DNA from: an uncultured Arcobacter sp.
GTDB lineage: Bacteria; Campylobacterota; Campylobacteria; Campylobacterales; Arcobacteraceae
Direction: 5' to 3'
Length of the DNA stretch: 64,000 nucleotides
Assembly (NCBI GenBank): GCA_965140705.1
Contig: OZ223302.1
Coordinates: 608,001 to 672,000, forward strand
The translations under genes and the position numbers were made by a program. Numbering within the stretch: the stretch's first letter is position 1; each line of letters opens with the position of its first letter. Of this stretch, positions 37,025-47,920 are shown piece by piece. Under the pieces are notes generated by a model. That model did not search any database. It worked only from the letters and a program-made list of their open reading frames with translations, and was not told the DNA's origin.

Positions 37025-40000
37025 ATGTTTTCAGCATTTTTCATAAATAGACCGGTTTTTTCAGCCGTTGTATCTATCCTTATTTTCCTAGCTGGATTAC
37101 TTTCAATGATAAATTTACCTATTGAACAGTATCCAAAGGTTGTTCCACCTCAAATTATTGTATCAACTTCATATCCAGGTGCTAGTGCAGAAACAATTTC
37201 AAAAACTGTTGCTGCACCACTAGAAGAGAAAATTAATGGTGCCAAAGATATGATTTATATGAATTCATTGGCAGCAGATAGTGGAGTTGTTAGTATCAAT
37301 GTATATTTTGAAGTAGGAACTAATGCTGATGATGCCAAAATCGATGTAAATAACCGTGTACAATCAGCCTTAGCAAAACTTCCAGCAGAAGTACAAAAAC
37401 AAGGGGTAACAGTAACAGAGAGATCTCCTAGTTTACTTCAAGTAATAAGTTTCTATTCACCAGATAATTCTAAAAATGCTACTTATCTTTCTAATTATGC
37501 ATTAATGAATATTGCTGATGATTTAAAAAGAATCAAAGGTGTTGGTGATGCTACAATTTTCGGTGCAAAAGATTATGCTATAAGAGTTTGGGTAGACCCT
37601 GAAAAGTTATCAAACTTTGGACTTACTACAACAGATCTTATAAATGCGATTAAAGAACAAAATCATCAATATGCAGCAGGTAAGTTTGCAGCAGAACCAA
37701 TTGCAAATAAACAAATGTTTACATATACCTTACGAACTCCTCCAAGACTTAGTTCTCCAACAGAGTTTGGTAACATAGTAATTAGAGCGAATAAAGACGG
37801 TAGTGCTTTATTATTAAAAGATGTAGCAACTGTGGAATTAGGAGCTAGTAGTTATAATTTAAATTCCAAATTAAATGGTCTTCCTTCAATTCCTATTGGT
37901 ATATTTTTACAAAGTGGTGCAAATGCTATTGATACAGCAAAAGCTGTAAAAGAAGCACTGCTAAAGGCTAGTGAAAAATTTCCAGCTGGTGTATCTTATA
38001 AAATACCTTATAGTAGTACGGACTTTATTGAAATATCAATAAAAGAAGTTGCAAAAACTTTTGTTGAAGCAATTATTCTTGTTGTTGCAATTATTTTCTT
38101 ATTTTTACAAAATTGGAGAGCAACACTTATTCCTGTTTTAGCAGTTCCTGTCTCTATTGTTGGAGCATTTGCAGGAATGTATCTGCTTGGGTTCAGTATA
38201 AACTTATTAACCCTCTTTGGTTTAGTATTGGCAATTGGTATTGTTGTTGATGATGCTATTATTGTAATTGAAAATGTTGAGAGGCATCTAAGTGAAGGAA
38301 TGGCTCCAAAAGATGCTGCCTTTAAAGCAATGAAAGAAGTTTCTGGAGCATTAGTAGCTATTATATTAGTACTTTCTGCTGTATTTATTCCTGTTGCATT
38401 TATTAGTGGTTTATCAGGTGTAATGTATAAACAGTTTGCCATTACAATTGTTGTTTCTATTGTTATTTCAGGATTTGTTGCATTAACATTGACGCCTTCA
38501 CTTTGTGCAGTTTTATTAAAAGATGGACATATAAAACCACAAGGTTTTTTTAAATGGTTTAACAACATGTTTGATAAGTTTACAAGTGGTTATTCTTATA
38601 TGGTAAAAAAAACAATTAGATATTCTATATTAAGTTTTCTTCTATTTGGAGGCTTAATATTTATTACATATAATATGTATGTAAATATGAAAACAGCACT
38701 TGTTCCTCAAGAAGACCAAGGTGCAATATTTATTTTCTCTTATAACCCTCCTGCTTCATCTTTGAGTAGAACTACTAAATTAACAGATGAAATTTATGAT
38801 ACGGTTAAACAAGATAAAAGTGTTGGAAATACATTAACACTTAGTGGATTAGACTTTATGACTTTTGCACTAAGAACAAATTCTGCTGCAACAATTGTTA
38901 AACTTAAAGACTGGGAAGAAAGAAAAAAACCAGAAGAGCAAGCAAGTGCAATTGCAAATAGATTTACAGGACAATTAATGGGTAGAACTACAGATGGGTT
39001 CTCATTTGCAGTACTTCCTCCTCCAATTATGGGAATGGGTGTTTCTGGTGGTTTTGAAATGTATGTACAAAATAAATCAGGAAGTGGTGTTGAAGATTTA
39101 AATAAATATGTTCAAGAGATAATTCAAAAAGCAAATGCAAGACCAGAATTAACAGCAGTTAGAACAACTCTTGCAACAAATGTACCACAATATTCACTTA
39201 AAGTTGATAATATAAAAGCTAAGTCAAAGGGTGTAAATGTTGCAGATATTTTTTCAACTCTTAGTTCAACTTTTGGAAGTTATTATATAAATGACTTCAA
39301 CTTATATGGAAGAACATATACAGTAAATATTCAAGCAAAAGGTGAATTTAGAAAAGGGGTTGAAGATTTAAATAAAGTATTTGTAAAAGCTTCAAACAAT
39401 GAACTTCTTCCTGTAAGTTCTTTTGTATCAATTACAAAAACAACTGGTGCTGATTTAGTTGAGAGATTCAACCTTTTTACATCTGCAAAAATTTCAGGAC
39501 AACCAGCTCCTGGATATAGTTCAGGTGATGCATTAAAAGCTATTGAAGAAGTTTCAAAAGAGGTTTTACCAAATAACTATGCAATTTCTTGGGTAGGAAC
39601 TGCCTATCAAGAAAAAAGAATCTCTAGTAAGAGTTATTTAGCCTTTATTTTTGGTATATTATTTTTATACTTAATCCTAGCAGCACAATATGAAAGATGG
39701 ATGATGCCAATTTCTGTTGTTATGGCTATTCCTTTTGGGGTATTTGGTGCAGTTGTAGCAACTATGATGAGAGGATTAGAAAATGACATTTACTTCCAGG
39801 TGGGTATTTTAGTTTTAATTGGACTATCCGCTAAAAATGCAATTTTAATTGTAGAGTTTGCTATGCAACAAAGAAAAGAGGGTAAAAGTATTTATGATGC
39901 AGCAATTAATGCAGCAAAATTAAGAATTAGACCAATTATTATGACATCTCTTGCATTTATGTTAGGAGTTCTTCCTTTAGCTATTAGTACAGGGGCAGGT

Positions 40001-40153
40001 GCTGCAAGTAGACACTCTATTGGAACTGGTGTAATTGGAGGAATGCTGACAGCTACAATTATTGCTATTGTCTTTATTCCTTTATTTTATATTTTCGTTT
40101 CAAAACTAAGTGAAAAAAAGAATAAAGAGACAAATCTCAAAGAAACTGAATAA
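37025..40153 (+). CDS. HAE1-family RND efflux permease
   Basis: FFINRPVF, GIVVDDAIIVIENVER, KNAILIVEF and RIRPIIMTS. Confidence 0.96.
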   Translation: MFSAFFINRPVFSAVVSILIFLAGLLSMINLPIEQYPKVVPPQIIVSTSYPGASAETISKTVAAPLEEKINGAKDMIYMNSLAADSGVVSINVYFEVGTNADDAKIDVNNRVQSALAKLPAEVQKQGVTVTERSPSLLQVISFYSPDNSKNATYLSNYALMNIADDLKRIKGVGDATIFGAKDYAIRVWVDPEKLSNFGLTTTDLINAIKEQNHQYAAGKFAAEPIANKQMFTYTLRTPPRLSSPTEFGNIVIRANKDGSALLLKDVATVELGASSYNLNSKLNGLPSIPIGIFLQSGANAIDTAKAVKEALLKASEKFPAGVSYKIPYSSTDFIEISIKEVAKTFVEAIILVVAIIFLFLQNWRATLIPVLAVPVSIVGAFAGMYLLGFSINLLTLFGLVLAIGIVVDDAIIVIENVERHLSEGMAPKDAAFKAMKEVSGALVAIILVLSAVFIPVAFISGLSGVMYKQFAITIVVSIVISGFVALTLTPSLCAVLLKDGHIKPQGFFKWFNNMFDKFTSGYSYMVKKTIRYSILSFLLFGGLIFITYNMYVNMKTALVPQEDQGAIFIFSYNPPASSLSRTTKLTDEIYDTVKQDKSVGNTLTLSGLDFMTFALRTNSAATIVKLKDWEERKKPEEQASAIANRFTGQLMGRTTDGFSFAVLPPPIMGMGVSGGFEMYVQNKSGSGVEDLNKYVQEIIQKANARPELTAVRTTLATNVPQYSLKVDNIKAKSKGVNVADIFSTLSSTFGSYYINDFNLYGRTYTVNIQAKGEFRKGVEDLNKVFVKASNNELLPVSSFVSITKTTGADLVERFNLFTSAKISGQPAPGYSSGDALKAIEEVSKEVLPNNYAISWVGTAYQEKRISSKSYLAFIFGILFLYLILAAQYERWMMPISVVMAIPFGVFGAVVATMMRGLENDIYFQVGILVLIGLSAKNAILIVEFAMQQRKEGKSIYDAAINAAKLRIRPIIMTSLAFMLGVLPLAISTGAGAASRHSIGTGVIGGMLTATIIAIVFIPLFYIFVSKLSEKKNKETNLKETE

Positions 40154-40165
40154 ATATTCATAAAA

Positions 40166-40199
40166 AACAAAGAGTTAAAATATATTTTAACTCTTTGTT
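40166..40199. terminator. Perfect 34-bp palindrome after the RND operon
   Basis: AACAAAGAGTTAAAA-TATA-TTTTAACTCTTTGTT. Confidence 0.75.
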
Positions 40200-40254
40200 C
40201 GCTACTATAATAAATCCATTTAACTCACACCTAATTATACAAAAGGTAAACATA

Positions 40255-41100
40255 GTGAAAATATATATTTATGCCAAAAGCGGTCATGCGATAGGATTAG
40301 AAGCGACTAGAACATGTTCTGCAATTGCTTCAAAACTTAAAGAATATGATCCTATATTGTGTACTTGTGATTTTAGAGCGGGAGCTTATGCAAAAGAAGA
40401 ACTAGGTATCAAAAAATATGTAAGTGTTGATGTCTTAACAAATCTTCCTAATATAATGGAAAGAGGTGATATTTTAATCTTTGATTCAGATGAAACTTCA
40501 GATATCATGGAAAAACATATGAAAGATTTTTGTTCACTTTTATACAAAGTGGGTGTTAATACACCCCAATATATAGTTGATAATAAATTATTTAAGAAAA
40601 ATCCCAATCCAAAACTTGAAAAAACTCTTTTTTTTGGAGATGATGATTATAATGATTTATTACAAGAACTTACTAAAAATAGTTCAAAAAAACAAATGAA
40701 CTTACTTTTAGGTCACTATTTTTTCTTAGGAAATGAGGTAAAACTAAAACCTTATTTCGAAAAATTATTTACGGATGAAGAGTATATTGATACTATTTTT
40801 AATTCTAAATTTTTATTAACAACTTCTGTACAAAGTTGTATGGAATCTATAGTTTGTGGAAATAATCCAGTTCTACTTTTAAGAAAAGATAAAAATTATA
40901 ATTTGCAATTTATTGAGAATTTAAACATTCCTACAATAAACTATAACGAAAACTTAGATAAAATAGTAATAGAATTTGAAGATATTATTTCTTCTTACCC
41001 CGACCTAAATGATATTGAAATTTTTGATTTTGAACCTTTAGTGTTACAAATAAAGAAAAAAACTAGTTCCCATAATGAAATCAATAGCTCACAATTATAA
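40255..41100 (+). CDS. Hypothetical protein, distantly PseG/SpsG (GT-B fold)-like
   Basis: GTG start after AAAAGG, preferred over 40195. N-terminus KIYIYAKSGHAIGLEATRTCSAIA and later LFFGDDD resemble PseG motifs. Confidence 0.6.
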   Translation: MKIYIYAKSGHAIGLEATRTCSAIASKLKEYDPILCTCDFRAGAYAKEELGIKKYVSVDVLTNLPNIMERGDILIFDSDETSDIMEKHMKDFCSLLYKVGVNTPQYIVDNKLFKKNPNPKLEKTLFFGDDDYNDLLQELTKNSSKKQMNLLLGHYFFLGNEVKLKPYFEKLFTDEEYIDTIFNSKFLLTTSVQSCMESIVCGNNPVLLLRKDKNYNLQFIENLNIPTINYNENLDKIVIEFEDIISSYPDLNDIEIFDFEPLVLQIKKKTSSHNEINSSQL

Positions 41101-41201
41101 GTTAAACTTATGATTTTATTATGCTTCTTATAAGTTCTTATCTTCTATAATTCAAAAAACTAAGGTGAACAATATAAGTTCACATTATGAAAGGTTAAAA
41201 A

Positions 41202-42611
41202 ATGGCTTCAGAAAGTATTCAACTTGCAAAAAAAACACCATATCGAATTAAAAGATATTATGTTTATTTAGCAGTTACAATTATGGCCCTAGCTATTCCC
41301 TTTATTAGAATAAACGGGAATCACTTATTTTTATTATCATTTGATAAAAAACAATTACATCTTATGGGTGTTGCATTTGATATGCAAGAACTTTATATGA
41401 TGCCTTTTTTATTGATGCTACTATTTTTAGGTATTTTTGCTGTTACAGCAATCGGAGGTCGTGCGTGGTGTGGTTGGGCCTGTCCACAAACAATCTTTAG
41501 AGTTGTATATAGAGATTTAATTGAATCAACTTTATTGAAATTAAGAAGAATCAAAAACAAACAAAAAGAACCAGATTATTCAAAAGCTGAAAATGCAAGT
41601 AAAAAAATAGTTGGTATTATTTTATGGGCAATATTAGCTCTTATTGCAGCAGCTGATTTTATGTGGTATTTTGTTCCACCAGAAGATTTTTTTACATACT
41701 TACAAGATCCATCAGAACACATGTTTTTAATAGGTATTGTTTTATCTATTGCTGCATTTTTAGTATATGATGTTGTAAGATTAAAAGAAGACTTTTGTGT
41801 TTACATATGTCCTTATTCAAGAGTTCAATCTGTTTTATATGATGATAATACCTTACAAGCAATTTACTCTACAAATAGAGGTGGTGACATCTATAATAAA
41901 AATAAAGAGAAGATTATTTTCAAAGAGAAAGATTTACCAGATCCTGCAAATGAGTGTACTACCTGTGAATCATGTGTAACAGTATGTCCTACTCATATTG
42001 ACATTAGAAAGGGGTTACAATTAGAGTGTATCAACTGTCTAGAATGTGTGGATGCATGTACTACTGTTATGGGTAAACTTGGTAAAGAATCGTTAGTTCA
42101 ATGGACAAGTACAAATAATATTAAAAATAATATCCCTACAAAAGTTGTAAGAAAATCAACTATTATGTATAGTATTGCTTTATTAATTGTAATTGGACTT
42201 TTATTTGTAATGGGTGGAGAAAAAGAGTATATGCTTTTAAATATCAATAAAACTACTCAATTATATCAAGTAAAAAAAGATAATCTTGTTACAAATAACT
42301 TCTTATTTTTATTCCAAAATACAGATTCAAAAAGACATAAATATGCACTAGAAATAGTAGATAATAAAGATATATTTATAGAAAGATTTCATCCATTCTC
42401 ACTAGGTGCTGGTAAATTAGCTAAAAAAGTTGTAATTTTAGGAACTAAATCTGAATTAGTAGAAGATAATACAAAAGATACTCCAATAACAGTTACTATT
42501 AGAGCTTATGCCCAAGATGAACCAGATAGAGTTCAAGTATTTAGAAAAGCAGTCTTTATATATCCAAGAGAAGATATGCTTAGAAAAAAAGAAGCTCTAC
42601 TTAATAAATAA
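41202..42611 (+). CDS. ccoG: Cytochrome c oxidase accessory protein CcoG (FixG/RdxB)
   Basis: GRAWCGWACPQT, FCVYICPYSRVQS, CTTCESCVTVCP and CINCLECVDAC. Confidence 0.95.
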   Translation: MASESIQLAKKTPYRIKRYYVYLAVTIMALAIPFIRINGNHLFLLSFDKKQLHLMGVAFDMQELYMMPFLLMLLFLGIFAVTAIGGRAWCGWACPQTIFRVVYRDLIESTLLKLRRIKNKQKEPDYSKAENASKKIVGIILWAILALIAAADFMWYFVPPEDFFTYLQDPSEHMFLIGIVLSIAAFLVYDVVRLKEDFCVYICPYSRVQSVLYDDNTLQAIYSTNRGGDIYNKNKEKIIFKEKDLPDPANECTTCESCVTVCPTHIDIRKGLQLECINCLECVDACTTVMGKLGKESLVQWTSTNNIKNNIPTKVVRKSTIMYSIALLIVIGLLFVMGGEKEYMLLNINKTTQLYQVKKDNLVTNNFLFLFQNTDSKRHKYALEIVDNKDIFIERFHPFSLGAGKLAKKVVILGTKSELVEDNTKDTPITVTIRAYAQDEPDRVQVFRKAVFIYPREDMLRKKEALLNK

Positions 42612-42616
42612 AACTC

Positions 42617-42652
42617 TTTGTAAGTGTAAATTTAAATATTTGCACTTACAAA
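42617..42652. terminator. Hairpin after ccoG
   Basis: TTTGTAAGTGTAAAT...ATTTGCACTTACAAA imperfect inverted repeat. Confidence 0.6.
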
Positions 42653-42740
42653 AATCTTGTAAAAAATTAAACCCTACTTAACAATACTTTAGCTATAATC
42701 GCGGCTATAATTAACTACTATTTTTTACGGAGTATCACCA

Positions 42741-44357
42741 ATGACTAAATTTATATTTGTTACAGGTGGAGTATTAAGTTCCTTAGGAAAAGGAATAACT
42801 TCTGCCTCTATCGCCACTATTTTGAAGCAATCAGGTTACAGAGTAACTATGCTAAAAATCGACCCATATTTAAATGTGGATCCGGGAACAATGAGCCCAT
42901 TAGAGCATGGAGAAGTATTTGTTACAGCTGATGGAGCAGAAACAGATTTAGATTTAGGAAATTATGAAAGATTTATTGATGTAACTCTTGGTGCAAAAAA
43001 TAGTTTTACTACAGGACAAGTTTATTTATCTGTAATAAGAAGAGAAAGACAAGGTGGATACTTAGGAAAAACTATTCAAGTAATCCCACATGTTGTTGAT
43101 GAAATCAAAGCAAGAATCTTTGATGCTGCTGAGGGTTATGACTTTTTAATTGTTGAACTTGGTGGAACAGTTGGAGATATCGAAGGTCTGCCATTTATGG
43201 AGTCTATTAGAGAAATAAGACATGAATTAGATAAAGATAGAACTATGAATATTCATGTAACACTTGTTCCTTATATTGCAGCTGCTGGTGAACTTAAAAC
43301 AAAACCAACACAACATAGTGTTCAAGAATTAAGAAGAATTGGTATTACACCTCATATGCTTGTATGTAGAAGTGAAAAGCCTCTACCAAAAGAGTTAAAG
43401 AAAAAACTTGCAATGTCTTGTGATATAAATAACAATGCGGTAGTTGAAGCAGGTGATGCACAGTCAATTTATCAAGTTCCTATGAACTTCTTAAAAGAAG
43501 GTATTTTAACTCCTTTATCAGAACACTTTAATATCAAAATAAAACCAAATATGGAAAGATGGGAAACTCTTGTAAAACATATTATTCTTCCTCAAGATGA
43601 AGTAACAATTGCTTTTGTAGGTAAATATATAGAACTAAAAGAATCTTATAAATCTTTAACAGAATCATTAATTCATGCAGGAGCTCACTTAAATACAAAA
43701 GTTAATATTAACTGGTGTGATAGTGAAAGAATAGAGGATAGCGGAGCTTACGATATTATAGGAAACTCAGATGCAATTTTAGTTGCAGGTGGATTTGGTA
43801 ATAGAGGAGTTGAAGGAAAATTAAAAGCGATTGAATATGCAAGGGTAAATAATATTCCATTTTTAGGAATTTGTTTAGGTATGCAACTTTCTATTGTAGA
43901 ATATTGTAGAAATGTTCTAGGAATTGAAGATGCAAACTCAATTGAGTTTGACGAAAAAACTGCCAATCCTGCTATTTATCTGATTGATGAATTTATGGAT
44001 CAATCAGGAAATAAACAACTAAGAACTCACAAATCACCAATGGGTGGAACAATGAGATTAGGTGAATATCCATTTAATCCAAAAGCTGGAACAAAACTAA
44101 AAGCTGCTTATGGAAATAATGAAACTTACTATGAAAGACATAGACATAGATATGAAGCAAATCCTGCTTATAAAGAGAGATTAGAAGAGGCAGGAATGAT
44201 TATTTCTGGGGAATCAAATGGACTAATTGAAGCAGTAGAAATTAAAGATCACCCTTGGTTTGTTGGTGTTCAATTTCACCCTGAGTTTACATCTCATTTA
44301 GAAACACCAAATCCAATAATAACAGAATTTGTAAGACAAGCTACTAAAACAAAGTAA
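42741..44357 (+). CDS. pyrG: CTP synthase
   Basis: [27 protein letters not shown] and QFHPE. Confidence 0.98.
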   Translation: MTKFIFVTGGVLSSLGKGITSASIATILKQSGYRVTMLKIDPYLNVDPGTMSPLEHGEVFVTADGAETDLDLGNYERFIDVTLGAKNSFTTGQVYLSVIRRERQGGYLGKTIQVIPHVVDEIKARIFDAAEGYDFLIVELGGTVGDIEGLPFMESIREIRHELDKDRTMNIHVTLVPYIAAAGELKTKPTQHSVQELRRIGITPHMLVCRSEKPLPKELKKKLAMSCDINNNAVVEAGDAQSIYQVPMNFLKEGILTPLSEHFNIKIKPNMERWETLVKHIILPQDEVTIAFVGKYIELKESYKSLTESLIHAGAHLNTKVNINWCDSERIEDSGAYDIIGNSDAILVAGGFGNRGVEGKLKAIEYARVNNIPFLGICLGMQLSIVEYCRNVLGIEDANSIEFDEKTANPAIYLIDEFMDQSGNKQLRTHKSPMGGTMRLGEYPFNPKAGTKLKAAYGNNETYYERHRHRYEANPAYKERLEEAGMIISGESNGLIEAVEIKDHPWFVGVQFHPEFTSHLETPNPIITEFVRQATKTK

Positions 44358-45919
44358 TGTCTAAAGTCACAAAACAAAAACTTTTTGACCTACTATCTGC
44401 AAGACATCTAAAGAGTACCTACTCTAAGCTTGCAGATATCCCTCCTCCTACAGGCTTTAAAGATATACAAAAAGCTACAAAAAGAGTAAAACAAGCAATA
44501 TTAGACAATGAAAAAATCACAATTGTTGGTGATTATGATGTGGATGGTGTCGTTTCAACTTCAATTATGATTGATTTTTTTAGACAAGTTGGTTATGAAG
44601 TTGATTATATCATTCCAAATAGATTTGAGCATGGATATGGACTCTCTGATAAAATTTCTGAACGAATTGATAGTGGATTAGTTATAACTGTTGATAATGG
44701 AATTTCAGCATGTAAGGCAACCCAAATATTAAATGATAAAAATATAGATGTTATCATCACTGACCACCACACAGTTGGAGATGAAATTCCAAATGCCTAT
44801 TCAATTATTAATCCCAAACAAGATGATTGTAACTTCCCCTTTAAAGATATCTGTGGGGCTCAAGTTGCTTGGTACTTTTGTGCCTCAATAAAAAAAGAGT
44901 TAAACCTAGATATAAATATGACTAATTTTTTAGACCTTTTATGTATAGCAATTATTGCAGATATGATGCCAATGACAAGCCTTAATTACATTATGGTTAA
45001 AAATGGTCTAAAAAGAATTGAAACCTCAGATAGAGCATCCATATCATATCTACGAAGTGCTATGAGAAAAAACTCTTTTATTTCAGATGATATAGGTTTT
45101 ATAATTGCTCCTAAAATAAATAGTGCAGGAAGAATGGATGATGCCTCTATTGCTTTATCTTTTTTATTATCTAATAACTTTGAAGAAGCAAGTGAAGCTT
45201 TGGAGTTATTAGAAGAGTTAAATAATAAAAGAAAAATTTTACAAGAGAGTATCTCTTTAAAAGCAAAATATGAAATAAATCTTGAAGACAAAGCAATAGT
45301 TGTATGGGGTGACAATTGGCATGAAGGTGTTATTGGGATAGTTGCTTCAAAACTATCCCATGCCTTTAAAAGACCTGCTTTTATTTTCTCAATAACAGAT
45401 GGAATAGCAAAAGGAAGCGCAAGAGCAAATGCAGATATTAACTTGCATACAATTATCTCAGAGGCACAACACCTTTTATTAGGTTTTGGTGGACATAAAA
45501 ATGCAGCTGGTATCTCCATGAAAACAGAACACTTAGAGGAGTTTAAAGCTATTATTAACTCTGCCCTAAGCAAAGCATCAAAAGAGTTATACATAGAGCC
45601 TATAACACTAGGGGAGCTTGATGTTTCAAGTGTAGATTTAGAGTTTATGGATATTATAGAGATGTTTGAGCCATATGGCTTAGAAAATCATAAACCAATA
45701 TTTAAAATATCAAATGCTAAAGTAATAAAATCAGAACTTTTTGGTAAAGAGAAAAATCACTTAAAACTTTTTCTAAATGTGGATGGTTATGATTTTGAAG
45801 CAATAAAATTTTATAGTGATAAAATAGAAAAAGATAGTGTTGATATGATTATATCAATAAATAAAAATGAGTTTAGAGGAGATATAACTCCCCAGTTTTT
45901 AATTCAAGACTTTTTATAA
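44357..45919 (+). CDS. recJ: ssDNA exonuclease RecJ
   Basis: GDYDVDG, TVDNG, TDHH, GSAR and GGHKNAAG. Confidence 0.96.
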   Translation: MSKVTKQKLFDLLSARHLKSTYSKLADIPPPTGFKDIQKATKRVKQAILDNEKITIVGDYDVDGVVSTSIMIDFFRQVGYEVDYIIPNRFEHGYGLSDKISERIDSGLVITVDNGISACKATQILNDKNIDVIITDHHTVGDEIPNAYSIINPKQDDCNFPFKDICGAQVAWYFCASIKKELNLDINMTNFLDLLCIAIIADMMPMTSLNYIMVKNGLKRIETSDRASISYLRSAMRKNSFISDDIGFIIAPKINSAGRMDDASIALSFLLSNNFEEASEALELLEELNNKRKILQESISLKAKYEINLEDKAIVVWGDNWHEGVIGIVASKLSHAFKRPAFIFSITDGIAKGSARANADINLHTIISEAQHLLLGFGGHKNAAGISMKTEHLEEFKAIINSALSKASKELYIEPITLGELDVSSVDLEFMDIIEMFEPYGLENHKPIFKISNAKVIKSELFGKEKNHLKLFLNVDGYDFEAIKFYSDKIEKDSVDMIISINKNEFRGDITPQFLIQDFL

Positions 45920-46498
45920 AACCAAGGGTTCATAAACTGTATTAGTAGAATCAGGAGTTCTTTCTAAGTCCAAAATTTCATCATCTATCAAAGTAGATGC
46001 AGTTGATGAACTTAAGATTGTACCAGTTCTTACATCAATAAGTTTTATAAAAACTATTAATCTTTTTGTTGTAACACTATATGTACCTACAACTGCAAAG
46101 TTTTCATCAATAACTTGATTATTAATCTTATTAGAATCTCTACTTAATACATTAAAACCACGTTGTCCAATTTGGAAATTATTTCCAAGTTCAACTTCTC
46201 TAACTAAAATATTTTTACTCAGCAAAGAGTTTTTTAATGTATCTGATAATAAGAAACCTAACTTTGAATGATTTTGAAGATTATCAAGGTTTACAAAGTC
46301 AGAGACTAAAACTGTTTCATTTTTGGCAATATTTTTATTAAGTTTTGCAGATGAGCTTTCAACTAAAGCTCTTAACATAGATTGAAAGTTATTAGCACCA
46401 TCAATATCTTTATATACACAAGAAGTAAAAAGCAGGGGAAGTAAAAGAGTTGCTAAAAAAAGTTTTAGCATTCTTTTACTAAAGAAGTTTAATTTCAT
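45914..46498 (-). CDS. FlgO-family lipoprotein
   Basis: Lipobox LFTSC, VLVSDFVNLD, LGFLLSD and VVGTYS. Confidence 0.75.
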   Translation of the reverse strand: MKLNFFSKRMLKLFLATLLLPLLFTSCVYKDIDGANNFQSMLRALVESSSAKLNKNIAKNETVLVSDFVNLDNLQNHSKLGFLLSDTLKNSLLSKNILVREVELGNNFQIGQRGFNVLSRDSNKINNQVIDENFAVVGTYSVTTKRLIVFIKLIDVRTGTILSSSTASTLIDDEILDLERTPDSTNTVYEPLVL

Positions 46499-46504
46499 AA
46501 ATTA

Positions 46505-47176
46505 TTATTCTTCTCGCATTATTTTTATGGTTCTTGGAGGTTTACAATCTTTAAAAATAACACAATCATTTCTTAAACCGTGTTCATATGTAGCTCTAGC
46601 ACTTGTGATTATTTGACCTGTAGAGTTATCTAAAACTCTCGCATTTAACATTATTCTTCCATATTGTCTTGAATATGTTCCAACTACTATAAAACTATTT
46701 TGAACATTTTCTTTCATCTTACTTGTATTTCTAGTAATAAAGTATTCACCTTGTGCATTTACAGAAACACCTAATTGACCTCTAAATTCAATAATATTGA
46801 ATCCTCTATTAGATAATTCATTAATCAAACTCTCACTAATAACTCTTCCAAACTCAGTAGTTTTTTTGAAGTTATCCAATCTAACAAAAGATGTAATTAA
46901 TACAGATTTATTTGTATGCATCTTATTATTTTGCATCATTTGAGTAGCAAGCGAAGAAATAGTAGCTTCTAAAGAATTTTGTGTTGTAACATGTTGTTGC
47001 ATATCTTCTGCAATTTTCATATGTTCTTTTGTAACCTGAACTTTCTCATTAGCTTTATCAATTCCTGCTATTTCACTTGGATTCATAGTTGCTTTCATAG
47101 ATGAATCTGATGAAGCACACGAAATTGTTAATGTTGATAAAAGAACCAAACAAGAGTTTCTCAATAGCTTAAGCAT
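46505..47176 (-). CDS. FlgO-family lipoprotein
   Basis: Lipobox LTISC, ITSFVRLD, FGRVISESLINEL, GEYFITR, VVGTYS and NARVLD. Confidence 0.8.
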   Translation of the reverse strand: MLKLLRNSCLVLLSTLTISCASSDSSMKATMNPSEIAGIDKANEKVQVTKEHMKIAEDMQQHVTTQNSLEATISSLATQMMQNNKMHTNKSVLITSFVRLDNFKKTTEFGRVISESLINELSNRGFNIIEFRGQLGVSVNAQGEYFITRNTSKMKENVQNSFIVVGTYSRQYGRIMLNARVLDNSTGQIITSARATYEHGLRNDCVIFKDCKPPRTIKIMREE

Positions 47177-47361
47177 GTAATACCCCTTTTTGTAATTGAT
47201 AAATTTTATTTAAACTTTACTTATATGTACTTGAATAGTTACTATTTTATCTCCCTGAAAAGAGTGTTTAATCTAATATTAATAAATGTAATACTATACA
47301 TACTCTTTTATTTCTTTTAACATAAGAAATATGCTAAAATACTACCAAAAAGGATTTCATA

Positions 47362-47913
47362 ATGGCAAAATTATTAGTACCTATTTCAAATGGTTTTGAA
47401 GAGATTGAAACAGTAAGTATAGTTGATATTTGTAGAAGAGGTAATATTGATGTTACTTTAGCTTCTATTGAAAAAATAGATGTTCAAGGGGCACATCAAA
47501 TATCAATAAAAACTGATAAACTAATATCAGAAGTTCAAGAAAAAGATTTTGATATGATTGCTTTACCAGGTGGACTGCCAAATGCTTTTAATTTAGCAGA
47601 AAGTGAAGAGTTACAAAAAATACTTATACAATTTAAAGAAAGTAATAAAAATATTGCTGCAATATGTGCCTCTCCTTTTGCTCTACACAAGGCTGGAGTA
47701 TTAAATAAAAATTATACTTGTTATCCTGGATTTGAGAGTAAAATCAAAGAAGAAGGATATACTAAAGATGAAAATATAGTAATCGATGGTAAAGTATTAA
47801 CTTCAAGAGGACCGGCCACTGCCACACTTTTTGCTTTGGAAATTGTAAAGATTTTAAAAGGTAAAGAAGAGTATGAGATAGTAAAAGAGGGGCTATTAGC
47901 AAATAATTGCTAA
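47362..47913 (+). CDS. DJ-1/ThiJ (YajL-like) family protein
   Basis: GFEEIE, LPGG, AICASP, TCYPG and TSRGPAT. Confidence 0.93.
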   Translation: MAKLLVPISNGFEEIETVSIVDICRRGNIDVTLASIEKIDVQGAHQISIKTDKLISEVQEKDFDMIALPGGLPNAFNLAESEELQKILIQFKESNKNIAAICASPFALHKAGVLNKNYTCYPGFESKIKEEGYTKDENIVIDGKVLTSRGPATATLFALEIVKILKGKEEYEIVKEGLLANNC

Positions 47914-47920
47914 TAGCTTG

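Noticed and set aside
42692..42711. Tandem GCTATAAT upstream of pyrG, suggesting start-site control
   Set aside because: No attenuator hairpin or GGGC start is visible, so support is insufficient.
44986..45594. Long antisense ORFs (here, 38008-38568, 20049-20498, 55823-56215 and others)
   Set aside because: Shadow frames opposite well-supported genes, with no RBS or recognisable motifs.
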